The notes below the pieces were generated by a model, which did no database searches, was not told the origin of the DNA, and was given only the letters and a program-made list of their open reading frames with translations. The position numbers and the translations under genes are program-made. Positions 10,682 through 18,592 of a stretch of DNA of 64,000 bases are shown in pieces. Within the stretch, counting starts at the first letter, position 1. Every line of letters begins with the position of its first letter. Source of the DNA: an uncultured Verrucomicrobiota bacterium (GTDB lineage: Bacteria; Verrucomicrobiota; Kiritimatiellia; CAIQIC01; Lenti-01); contig CAYMTY010000012.1 of assembly GCA_964393515.1 (NCBI GenBank), positions 3,473 through 67,472 on the forward strand, read 5' to 3'.

Positions 10682-11200
10682 ATGAAGGCAGTGGTGGTAT
10701 ACGAATCTTTGTGGGGCAATACGGCGGCGGTGGCCCGCGCCATTGCCGAGGGGCTCGGCCCGGGCGCCCGGGCGCTGTCCACGGCCGAAGCCACCGGCGC
10801 GGTGGTGGCCGGCGTGGATCTGATCGTGGCCGGTTCGCCGCTGTTCGCCTTCCGCCTGCCCACGGAAGGCATCCGCGAAAACATCCGGCGGAAGACCTCC
10901 ATGTTCCCCCGTCCGCCCGATCTGTCGCATCCCCCCCTGCGGCAGTGGCTGGAAACCCTGCCGCCCGGCCGGGGCCGCGCCGCGGCCTTCGAAACCCGCA
11001 TCTGGTGGTCGCCCGGCGGCGCCACCAATGCCATCCTCGCCGGCCTGATCCGGGCCGGTTACCAGCCCTTGATGCGCGGCAAGCGCTTCCGCGTCGGCGG
11101 CATGTACGGCCCCCTCAAGACCGGGGAACTCGAACGCGCCCGCGCCTGGGGCGGCGAACTCGCCACCCTCGCCGGCTGGGAAAGCGGCGCCGTGGAGTAA
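10682..11200 (+). CDS. Flavodoxin-like fold protein
   Basis: N-terminus MKAVVVYESLWGNTAAVARAIAEGL is typical of the flavodoxin/WrbA fold. 172 aa. Confidence 0.55.
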   Translation: MKAVVVYESLWGNTAAVARAIAEGLGPGARALSTAEATGAVVAGVDLIVAGSPLFAFRLPTEGIRENIRRKTSMFPRPPDLSHPPLRQWLETLPPGRGRAAAFETRIWWSPGGATNAILAGLIRAGYQPLMRGKRFRVGGMYGPLKTGELERARAWGGELATLAGWESGAVE

Positions 11201-11220
11201 TCCCCCGTCCCCCGGGCGGC

Positions 11221-11577
11221 CTAGAAACTGACGCGCCAGCCGATGGCCGCGCCGGCCAGTTCGGCGGAGGCCGCCCCGCCGGTGGTCTCCAGCCCGATGG
11301 GCGCCGTGATCGCTTGCAAGACCAGGGGGGATTCCTCCGCCGCCCGCGCGGCGCGGGCGATCGCCGCATCCACGTCTTTGGCCGTGTAGCGCTCGACGTC
11401 GGACCGCAGCGACACCAGCCCGTAGACCACGACGATCGTGAACATCAGGCCGACGGTGACCGCCGCGCCGATGGAATCCGCACCCGTTTCGGCGCGCGCC
11501 GGCGCCGCCGGCAGCGTGGCCCACACCAGCGCGGCCGCCAGAATCGCCGCCGTCCCGCTCCAACCCTTGTGCTTCAT
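11221..11577 (-). CDS. Small secreted hypothetical protein (signal peptide + one hydrophobic helix), last gene of the mla operon
   Basis: Real portion of track ORF 11221..12606. MKHKGWSGTAAILAAALVWATLPAAPARAE is a signal peptide with an AXA site. ATG at 11577. Confidence 0.5.
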   Translation of the reverse strand: MKHKGWSGTAAILAAALVWATLPAAPARAETGADSIGAAVTVGLMFTIVVVYGLVSLRSDVERYTAKDVDAAIARAARAAEESPLVLQAITAPIGLETTGGAASAELAGAAIGWRVSF

Positions 11578-11600
11578 GTCCGCCTCCGCTCCTCGCTGCG

Positions 11601-12584
11601 CTAGAACGCCCCGAAGAAAATGCTGGTGAAGGTCGTGATGGGCGAGGTTTCGCGGATGTCGTCCACCGCCGCCCGGCCCTCGCGCACCAGCGCCTTGAAT
11701 TCCGTGTAGAGCTCGTCGTCGGAAACCAGCCGGCCGATCGTCCCCTCGCCCCGCGCGATGGTCTCGGACATCTGGCGGAACGCGGCCAGGGTCGCCGCCA
11801 GGTCGTCGTAGACCTGGCTGTCGCCGGTCAGCAGGCGGCCCAGCGTGCCTTCGCCCTGGTTCAGCCGCGCGCTGATGTCCTTGAGGTTCGCGGCGACGGC
11901 CTGCACGTCGCCGTACACCGCGTCGTCCTGGATCAGCTTGCCGAGCGTGCCCTCGCCCTTGGCCAGGGCGCCGCTGATGTCGCGCAGGTTGGCGGCGGCC
12001 TGCTGCACGTCGCCGTAGACCGTGTCGTCGTTGATCAGCTTGCCCAGGGTGCCTTCGCCCTCCGCCAGGCGGGTGGCGATCTTGCGGGCCTGCTGCAGCG
12101 TGCCCCGGAAGTCGTCGAGGATGCCGTCGTGGAGGGCCTGGCGGATCTCCTCGACCGTGCGGGTGGCGGCGTCGATCAGGTCGGTCGAGGGACTGCCCTG
12201 GTAGATCTTCTGCCGGGGCAGCTCCGCGGCCTCGTAGGTGCCCTCGTGGATGTTCAGGTAGCGGCCGCCCAGCACCGACGTGGGCAGCACCTCGATCCGG
12301 TAGTCCGTCCGCAGATGCACCGGCATCGTCAGCAGCGCCAGCACGTGCACGCCGTCCTTCTTCAGGGCGATCTGCTTCACCTTGCCGACCGTCACCCCCC
12401 GGGCGTTGACGGAGTCGCCCACCCGCAGCCCCATGGCGTTGTCGAACAGGATCTCCACCGGCCGCTCCGCGCGGAACAGCGCGTCGCGGCTCAGCACCAC
12501 CGTCAGCAGAAACAGCGCCGCCAGCACCGCGAAGCTGAACAGCCCCACCGCGCTTTCCACGAAAATCTGCCGCTTGAACTTCAT
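11601..12584 (-). CDS. mlaD: MlaD/MCE-family ABC-transporter periplasmic substrate-binding component with repeated GEGT(L/I)G(K/R)L coiled segments
   Basis: N-terminal TM anchor (MKFKRQIFVESAVGLFSFAVLAALFLL), an MCE domain, then four repeats of EGTLGKLI...DVQ. The start overlaps the mlaF stop. Confidence 0.85.
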   Translation of the reverse strand: MKFKRQIFVESAVGLFSFAVLAALFLLTVVLSRDALFRAERPVEILFDNAMGLRVGDSVNARGVTVGKVKQIALKKDGVHVLALLTMPVHLRTDYRIEVLPTSVLGGRYLNIHEGTYEAAELPRQKIYQGSPSTDLIDAATRTVEEIRQALHDGILDDFRGTLQQARKIATRLAEGEGTLGKLINDDTVYGDVQQAAANLRDISGALAKGEGTLGKLIQDDAVYGDVQAVAANLKDISARLNQGEGTLGRLLTGDSQVYDDLAATLAAFRQMSETIARGEGTIGRLVSDDELYTEFKALVREGRAAVDDIRETSPITTFTSIFFGAF

Positions 12585-13345
12585 GCGCCGAACGCCTTCC
12601 GGACATCCCGCAGGTCCGCGATGCCCTGGGCCTGCAGAAAGTCTCTCACGACCGGGTGCTCCGATGCAACGAATTCCTCCGGCGGGGCGCAGACCACGAA
12701 CCGGCCCTCGTGGAGCATCGCCACCCGGCTGCCGATGAACAGCGCGCTGTAGAGGTCGTGGGTCACGACCACGCTGGTCACGCCCAGCTTCCGCCGCAGG
12801 TCGTCGATCAGCCGGTCGATCTGCCGCGAAATCACCGGGTCCAGCCCGGACGTCGGCTCGTCGTAGAGCACGATCTCCGGCTGGGTCACGATGGCCCGCG
12901 CCAGGCCGACGCGCTTGCGCATGCCTCCCGAAATGCGGTCGGGCAGCTGGTCGCCCGCCCCGTCCAGACCCACCAGCGCCAGCTTCTCGGCCGCGCGCGC
13001 CCGGATCTCGTCGTCGGGCAGGTCCGTCTTCTGCCGCAGCGGCAGGCAGACGTTGTCCTCCACGTCCAGCCACTGCAGCAGCGCCGCGCTCTGGAACAGC
13101 ACCCCGAACCGCCCCAGGATCCGCTCCAGCTGCGCCCCGCGCGCTTCGCTGACGCAATCCGCCCCCACCCACACCCGGCCGGTCTCCGGCGTCAGCAGCC
13201 GGATCATGTGCCGCAGGCTCACGCTCTTGCCCGCCCCCGACCGGCCCACGATCACGAAGGTCTCGCCCGGCGCCAGCTCGAAGCTGAGGTCGTCCAGCAC
13301 CGGCTGGGCGCCGAACCGCTTGGTGACATGCTCGAATCGGATCAT
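12581..13345 (-). CDS. mlaF: ABC transporter ATP-binding protein (MlaF type)
   Basis: Walker A GRSGAGKS, signature ISGGMRKRVGLARA, Walker B VLYDEPTSGLD. 254 aa. ATGA overlaps with both neighbours. Confidence 0.9.
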   Translation of the reverse strand: MIRFEHVTKRFGAQPVLDDLSFELAPGETFVIVGRSGAGKSVSLRHMIRLLTPETGRVWVGADCVSEARGAQLERILGRFGVLFQSAALLQWLDVEDNVCLPLRQKTDLPDDEIRARAAEKLALVGLDGAGDQLPDRISGGMRKRVGLARAIVTQPEIVLYDEPTSGLDPVISRQIDRLIDDLRRKLGVTSVVVTHDLYSALFIGSRVAMLHEGRFVVCAPPEEFVASEHPVVRDFLQAQGIADLRDVRKAFGA

Positions 13346-14154
13346 TGGTAGAACAGCCTCGTCACGAAATAGCCCGTCACCAGGATCAGCAGGAACGACA
13401 CGATCACTGTGCGCCGCGTGGCGCGCCCGACGCCCACCGCGCCTTCCGTCGCGGCGAAGCCCTGGTAGCAGGCCACCGTCACGATGACCAGCCCAAACAG
13501 GAACGCCTTGAACAGCCCCACGTAGAGGTCCTTGTTGTCCGCGTAGCGGAAGGCGTTGTCGAAATAGGCCTCGAACGAGATGCCCAGCTGCATCGAGCCG
13601 ACCAGCGCGCCGCCGAAGATCCCGAGCAGGTCCGTGTAGACCGCCAGCAGCGGCATCATCACCGCCAGCGCGACCAGCCGCGGCATCATCAGGTAGCGCA
13701 GGGGGCTGATCCCCATCACGTCGAGCGCCGCGATCTCCTCGGCTACCGTCATCGTCCCCATCTGCGCGGCGATGGCCGATCCCACGCTGGCCGCGATCAC
13801 CAGCCCCGTCATGAACGGCCCCATTTCGCGCAACATTGAAATGCACACCAGCGTGCCGATGTTGTTCTCCTGCCCGTAGCGGCGCAGCTCCAGGCCCACC
13901 TGCAGGGCCAGGATCATTCCCGTGAACAGCGCCACCACGCTCACCACCCCCAGGCTCTTGATGCCCACCAGGTAGAGCTGGTGCAGCACGTCGGCGCGGT
14001 TCCGGCGCGAGAACAGGTGCGGCACCTGCGCCGCCGCCCCCAGCAGCAGCAGCAGCGCCTGCCCCGACCCCTGGCAGGCCCCGATGACCCCGCGGCCCGC
14101 CGCCACCGCCACGTTCGGCGGCGGATCGTAAATCTGGGGCTCGCGCGTGATCAT
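13342..14154 (-). CDS. mlaE: ABC transporter permease (MlaE type)
   Basis: MITREPQIYD... 270 aa multi-TM permease with the conserved MlaE core (LVCISMLREMGPFMTGLVIAASVGSA...). The track ORF 13342..14964 is extended upstream artefactually. Confidence 0.9.
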   Translation of the reverse strand: MITREPQIYDPPPNVAVAAGRGVIGACQGSGQALLLLLGAAAQVPHLFSRRNRADVLHQLYLVGIKSLGVVSVVALFTGMILALQVGLELRRYGQENNIGTLVCISMLREMGPFMTGLVIAASVGSAIAAQMGTMTVAEEIAALDVMGISPLRYLMMPRLVALAVMMPLLAVYTDLLGIFGGALVGSMQLGISFEAYFDNAFRYADNKDLYVGLFKAFLFGLVIVTVACYQGFAATEGAVGVGRATRRTVIVSFLLILVTGYFVTRLFYQ

Positions 14155-15629
14155 TTGGCTCCGGCGCCCTGCCCGCCCGGGGCGGCCAGCCGGACCCGGC
14201 CCAGCCAGAGGAGGCGCACTTGACGATTTGTAGCGGTTCGGTCGTAGGCGAGCAATCCTTTCAGCACGGACCAGCGCCGGCCGCCGGCGGCCCGCTCGTG
14301 CTGCCACAGCGGGAAGAGCGAAACCGCCCGGGCGTTGTCTTTCCGCCGCGTGTCGCGGTACAGGCCCCAGAGCACGTCGAGGTCGCGCCGCTCCCCGTTC
14401 CGGCGGTAGTCCCACAGCGTCCACAGCGGCGCCCAGCTGCGCTCGACGGGCGGGGGGTGCACGGCCGGCCAGAGGTCCGGCGCCCGCCAGAGGCAGGTGC
14501 CCGCCTCGCGGTCCACCTGCCGGGAGCATAGCGGCCAAAGCTTCGTGCGGTTGGCCACCGCCGCCGCGGCCTGGCGTTCCGCTGGCGGCAGGGCCGCCGT
14601 CTGCGACACGCAGTTCCAGAACGGCGCCACGCTCCAGCGGGTGATCTTCCGCCCGCCCCACGTGTTCTTCTCGCGGGTGATGATGGGCCACAGCCAGTAG
14701 CGCCGGTCCAGCACGCCGTCCTTGCGGTAGCCCCACAGCGGCCAGACGGACAGCCGCGTGCGGTAGCCCGTCTCCCGCTGGAAGAACGGCCACGGGCAGA
14801 ACAGCCGCGTCTGCCGGTCGCCGCCGATGCGCTGGAAGAACGGCGGCAGGACCATCCAGCCTTTCTGGCCCTCCAGGTCCACCCGGCCACAGAGCGGGAA
14901 CAGCACCCAGGCCGTGCCCGGCGCCTTGGGGTGGGTGTAGCGCGCGTGCGTCCAGAAGGGCCACAGCACCGTGTGCTTCTCATGCTGCCGCGCGTTCTTC
15001 GTGCGGGCGTAGAAGGGAAAAACCCGCAGCTTCTCCAAGTGGCCGTCGGGCGTCGTCGTCCGCGAATAAAGCGGCCAGAGCACGTCTGTCGTCCGCACGT
15101 CGTTCACCGCGCTGCGCGCCCACAGCGGCCACAGGAAAAACCGGATCCGGTCCTTCCACAGGATGTTGCGGACCTCCCCGCCCAGCGGGAACAGCGCCGC
15201 GTAGCCCCGGCCGTTTTCGTCCCGCCCGTGGAACCACAGCGGCAGGATCCAGAACCGGTACTGCGACTCCGGATCGGTCCGGTCCTTGTCGAAGAAATAC
15301 GTCGTCAGCGCCCGCCAGTAGCGCTCCGCGCCGAACGCCCGCCCCGACGCCGCCGGCCACAGGCAGTCCCACGACGACCGGTCCGTCGCCGGATCGGTCG
15401 CCCGCGCGTACAGCGGCCGCGGCACCGCCCGCAGCCGCATCCCGCCCGGCCCCTGGGCCGCCTCCCAGAACGGGCCCGCCGCGCGCAGCCGCCCGTTCCC
15501 GTCCGCGTCCACCAGCTCCGAAGCCAGCGGCCCCCAGTCCCATTCCAGGCACCACGGGACCACCGGCCCGTCCGCGCGCGCCCCCGCGCCGGCCAGCCAC
15601 GCCAGCACCGCCACGGTTTTCCACACCAT
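14151..15629 (-). CDS. Secreted protein built from about 20-aa Trp/Pro-rich repeats (LWPL / FPLW / WPFW motifs). First gene of the mla operon.
   Basis: Signal peptide MVWKTVAVLAWLAGAGARA. At least 15 quasi-periodic repeats such as VLWPLYSRTT, VLWPFWTHARY, SVWPLWGYRKD, WLWPIITREK, KLWPLCSRQVD, PLWTLWDYRRN, SLFPLWQHERA. The stop overlaps the mlaE ATG (ATGA). The track extends this ORF to 16763, but everything upstream of 15629 is the low-GC repeat region. Confidence 0.55.
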   Translation of the reverse strand: MVWKTVAVLAWLAGAGARADGPVVPWCLEWDWGPLASELVDADGNGRLRAAGPFWEAAQGPGGMRLRAVPRPLYARATDPATDRSSWDCLWPAASGRAFGAERYWRALTTYFFDKDRTDPESQYRFWILPLWFHGRDENGRGYAALFPLGGEVRNILWKDRIRFFLWPLWARSAVNDVRTTDVLWPLYSRTTTPDGHLEKLRVFPFYARTKNARQHEKHTVLWPFWTHARYTHPKAPGTAWVLFPLCGRVDLEGQKGWMVLPPFFQRIGGDRQTRLFCPWPFFQRETGYRTRLSVWPLWGYRKDGVLDRRYWLWPIITREKNTWGGRKITRWSVAPFWNCVSQTAALPPAERQAAAAVANRTKLWPLCSRQVDREAGTCLWRAPDLWPAVHPPPVERSWAPLWTLWDYRRNGERRDLDVLWGLYRDTRRKDNARAVSLFPLWQHERAAGGRRWSVLKGLLAYDRTATNRQVRLLWLGRVRLAAPGGQGAGAK

Positions 15630-15790
15630 GGAAAACTGTTTCGCCGTTTTTCCACGCAATGGAAAATATTTTTCCACACCGTGGAAAAATCGACCGGTTT
15701 TTTCCACATCCCGGAAGACTTTTTGGCGAATTTTCCACACTATGGAAAAATATTTTCCACACCGTGGAAAACTTCCCTTGTCCGCCGTCC
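15628..15790. promoter_or_regulatory. Array of six 19-21 bp palindromic sites TTTTCCAC-N3/4-(R)TGGAAAA, which are DnaA-box-like TTTTCCACA 9-mers on both strands, in a low-GC (about 40%) stretch
   Basis: Direct reading: TTTTCCACACCATGGAAAA / TTTTTCCACGCAATGGAAAATA / TTTTTCCACACCGTGGAAAAAT / TTTTTTCCACATCCCGGAAGACTTTTT / TTTTCCACACTATGGAAAAATA / TTTTCCACACCGTGGAAAAC. Five plus-strand 9-mers match the relaxed DnaA-box consensus TTWTNCACA. The first site contains the start codon of the WP-repeat gene. Confidence 0.5.
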
Positions 15791-15828
15791 GCAGAACGCG
15801 GAGACCGGGGATTTCTTCCGGATTTTTA

Positions 15829-15983
15829 CGGGCTTTCCCGCGGAAATAAGCCGCGAATTTTCCGATGAGGCCGCTTCGCGGACGACCCGAGCTGGACTCG
15901 TGTCCGCGAGCGGTCGGCCGCGAAGCGGTCGCGCGGAAAAGACGCGGCTTGGTTTCCGCGCCGTCACAATCCGGAAGAAATCC
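15829..15983. repeat. Copy A of a conserved roughly 160-bp palindromic element with 13-bp terminal inverted repeats (GGATTTCTTCCGG ... CCGGAAGAAATCC)
   Basis: About 85% identical to 46238..46402. A 50-nt core, GCCGCTTCGCGGACGACCCGAGCTGGACTCGTGTCCGCGAGCGGTCGGCC, is identical in both copies. Long imperfect hairpin potential: GCCGCTTCGCGG pairs with CCGCGAAGCGG, with the alternative partner GTCCGCGAGCGG. Confidence 0.8.
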
Positions 15984-16015
15984 CCGATTTTTCATCTCGT
16001 CACTTTCGCCATGGC

Positions 16016-17380
16016 CTACAGCAGCAGCCGGCCCTTCCCGGCCGGGCCGACGAACTGCCCGTTGCGCACCATGATCTCGCCGCGCACCGTCACCACCTCC
16101 GGCGCCCCGACCACCGCAAAGCCTTCGTAGGGATTGTAGTCCGTGCCCAGGCTCTGGGTCTTCCGCGAGATCGTGCGCTTCACGTTGGGATCCCACACGA
16201 CCAGGTCGGCGTCGAACCCCGGCGCGACCGCGCCCTTGCGCCCCCACAGCCCGAAAATTTTCGCCGGATTCTCCGCCGCCACCTCCACGAACCGCTCGAG
16301 GGAGATTTTGCCCCCCACCACGCCCGCCGTGTACGCCAGCGCCACGCGCTCCTCCACGCCCGCGATGCCGTTGGGGATCTTCGTGAAATCGCCCCGCCCC
16401 AGCGTCTTCTGCCCCTGGAAGTCGAACGGACAATGATCCGTCCCCAGCGTGTCGATGCGGCCGTCCGCCAGCCCCCGCCACAGCGCCTCCTGGTCGGACT
16501 TTTCGCGCAGCGGCGGCGAGAGGATCCACTTTGCGCCCTCGAAATCCCCGCGCTCCGCGTACGACTTGTCGAGCACCAGGTACTGGATCATCGTTTCGAT
16601 GTATAATTTCTTCAATTTTCCGCGGAAGCGGTCGGCCATGGAGAGTGCCTCGGCGCAGCTCAGGTGGACGACGTACGCCTTCGCACCCGCCGCTGCCGCG
16701 AAGGTCAGGAACTTGCAGACGCCCTCGGCCTCGACCATCGGCGGCCGGCTCGGTTCGTGCCATTCGGGCCCCGTCTTGCCTGCGGCCAGCAGCTTCTGCT
16801 GCAGCGCCGGGATCAGGTCCGCGTTCTCGCAGTGCGCCAGCACGACCAGGTCGTGCGCCGCCGCGAACTCCAGCACCCGCAGCAGGTCCTCATCCGCGAT
16901 CGCCAATGCCGGCTTGTAGGCCAGGTAGATCTTGAGCGACTTCAGCCCCTGCGCCGCCAGCCGTTCCAGTTGCTTCTCCAGTTCCGCGTCGTAGCGCCGG
17001 ACCATCAGGTGCAGGGCGTAGTCGCACGAGGCCTTCCCGTCCGCCGCCGCGCGCCACGCGGCCCACGCCTCGTCGAAGTCCTTCTCCCGCCCCGCCCCCG
17101 CGAAATCCATCAGGCAGGTCGTCCCGCCCAGCAGCGCCGCCTGCGTGCAGTTGGCAAAATCGGACTTCGCCGTCACGTTCACCAGCGGCAGCCAGGCGTG
17201 CACGTGCGGATCGATGAACCCCGGGAACACCAGCTTGCCCGCCGCCTCCACCACCGTCGCCCCCGGCGGCGGCGCGATTCCGGCCGCGACCCGGGCAATC
17301 TTTTCCCCCTCGCACCAGACGTCCGCGGCGCCGCGGCCCCGCGCCGTCACCACCTCGCCGCCGCGGATCAACAAGCCCAT
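16016..17380 (-). CDS. Cyclic amidohydrolase (dihydropyrimidinase / D-hydantoinase / allantoinase family)
   Basis: Metal-binding PGFIDPHVH, carbamyl-lysine region LKIYLAYK, HCEN and GTDHCPF motifs. 454 aa. Confidence 0.8.
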   Translation of the reverse strand: MGLLIRGGEVVTARGRGAADVWCEGEKIARVAAGIAPPPGATVVEAAGKLVFPGFIDPHVHAWLPLVNVTAKSDFANCTQAALLGGTTCLMDFAGAGREKDFDEAWAAWRAAADGKASCDYALHLMVRRYDAELEKQLERLAAQGLKSLKIYLAYKPALAIADEDLLRVLEFAAAHDLVVLAHCENADLIPALQQKLLAAGKTGPEWHEPSRPPMVEAEGVCKFLTFAAAAGAKAYVVHLSCAEALSMADRFRGKLKKLYIETMIQYLVLDKSYAERGDFEGAKWILSPPLREKSDQEALWRGLADGRIDTLGTDHCPFDFQGQKTLGRGDFTKIPNGIAGVEERVALAYTAGVVGGKISLERFVEVAAENPAKIFGLWGRKGAVAPGFDADLVVWDPNVKRTISRKTQSLGTDYNPYEGFAVVGAPEVVTVRGEIMVRNGQFVGPAGKGRLLL

Positions 17381-17389
17381 GATGCCTTC

Positions 17390-17752
17390 CTACTTCCGCA
17401 GGATCTTCCGGATGCGGTTCCGGGCATCCACCTGCACCACCGTCGCCTTGAACTTCCGGGCCTCCGCGTCGTCCACCTGCGCGTAGGCAATGACAATGAT
17501 GGTGTCGCCCCGGTAGGCCAGGCGCGCCGCGGGGCCGTTCAGCATCATCTGGCCCGAGCCGCGCCGGCCGCGGATGGCGTAGGTGACGAAGCGGGCGCCG
17601 CTGTTCAGGTTGAGGACCTGGACCTGTTCGCCGGGCAGGATGTCCGCCGCCTCCAGCAGGTCGGGATCGATGGCGATGCTGCCCTCGTAGTCGAGTTCCA
17701 GCCCCGTCACCGTCGCGCGGTGGATTTTCGCCTTCAGCATCGTCCGTTGCAT
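17390..17752 (-). CDS. panD: Aspartate 1-decarboxylase
   Basis: [60 protein letters not shown] aligns residue-by-residue with E. coli PanD [29 protein letters not shown]. This includes the self-processing Gly-Ser (YEGS). Confidence 0.9.
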   Translation of the reverse strand: MQRTMLKAKIHRATVTGLELDYEGSIAIDPDLLEAADILPGEQVQVLNLNSGARFVTYAIRGRRGSGQMMLNGPAARLAYRGDTIIVIAYAQVDDAEARKFKATVVQVDARNRIRKILRK

Positions 17753-17803
17753 GATTCAAATCCCTTTATGAAAAAGACATATTATCCTTTGCCGCCCGGC
17801 GCA

Positions 17804-18429
17804 TCAAGCCAGCGGCCGGCCCTCGGCATCGAACCGCGGGGCGGCGGTGACCGCGGGGTGCAGGTAGATCGGCTGCAGTTCCTCGCTCGCGTCCCCCGCA
17901 AAGAACAGCTTGCCCACCCATTCCGCCCGGGGCGGGCGGCTTCGTTCAATCCAGTGCGCGCCCGGCCATTCCCGGCCCCAGGCCTCCGCCGGCAATAGTT
18001 TCCAAGCCCCCACCCGGTGCACTGCCGGCCCCTTCCCGCGCTCGAAAAGGCCGGCCCAGAGTGTTCCGCGCCGGGCCACGCCCGACACCACGACCTGCGC
18101 CAGTTGCGGCCGTTCCGCAAAAAAATCCGCCGCCAGTGCCGCGGCGCTGCTCACCGTCCAGACCGGCTTGTGATCCGGCAGGGCCCAGCCGTGCGCGGCC
18201 GTCAGGCTCACCCGCAGCCCCGTATAGGCCCCCGGCCCTCGGCCGACCGCAACCGCACCGATCTCCCGAAAGGTCCAGCCTGCACCTGCCAGAAGCGCAG
18301 CCGCCGCATCGAACAACCCCTGACTGCGGCGCGAACTGGCGTCCACGGGTTGCACCGCGACCACCGCGCCGTCCGCTAGTAGCGCCAGACTTGCCGTCTC
18401 TGTCGAAAATTCCAAGGCCAGCACGTTCA
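17804..18429 (-). CDS. tsaB: tRNA threonylcarbamoyladenosine (t6A) biosynthesis protein TsaB (YeaZ)
   Basis: MNVLALEFSTETASLALL...GRGPGAYTGLRVSLTAAHGWAL is the inactive-Kae1 (YeaZ) fold. Start chosen at ATG 18429. The track's 18505 extension is unsupported. Confidence 0.75.
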
Positions 18430-18592
18430 TCCCGCCCCAAATTGCCAGTTTTCCATCCGGGGGCAAATCATATTCCATGGGTCCGCCCCCATCTTGGCTG
18501 ACCAACCATCATCGCCGGCTTGCCGATTCCCCCTGCGGGGGCCTGCGCCGGCCCGCCCGCCGCCGTGCCTTCGCGGCTCCAACCGAAGATAC

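Noticed and set aside
15628-15790. CRISPR-like spacing of short palindromic repeats
   Set aside because: Units are 19-21-bp palindromes separated by only 3-14 bp of irregular sequence. This is not the 28-37 bp repeat with 30-40 bp spacer geometry of CRISPR.
15628-16074. Short ORFs with repeated FHxVEN / MPLRGRPELDSCPRAVG peptides (15305..15709 -, 15628..15849 +, 15865..16074 +, 46202..46504 -, 46297..46935 +)
   Set aside because: They arise in both strands from the palindromic DnaA-box-like array and from the two copies of the 160-bp element. Nucleotide conservation between copies is not codon-patterned, so they are repeat artefacts and not genes.
14931-17998. Plus-strand ORFs 14931..16130 and 16664..17998
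   Set aside because: They are antisense to the WP-repeat gene and to the amidohydrolase/panD genes, and Arg/Pro-rich. The 14931 ORF also runs through the noncoding repeat region.
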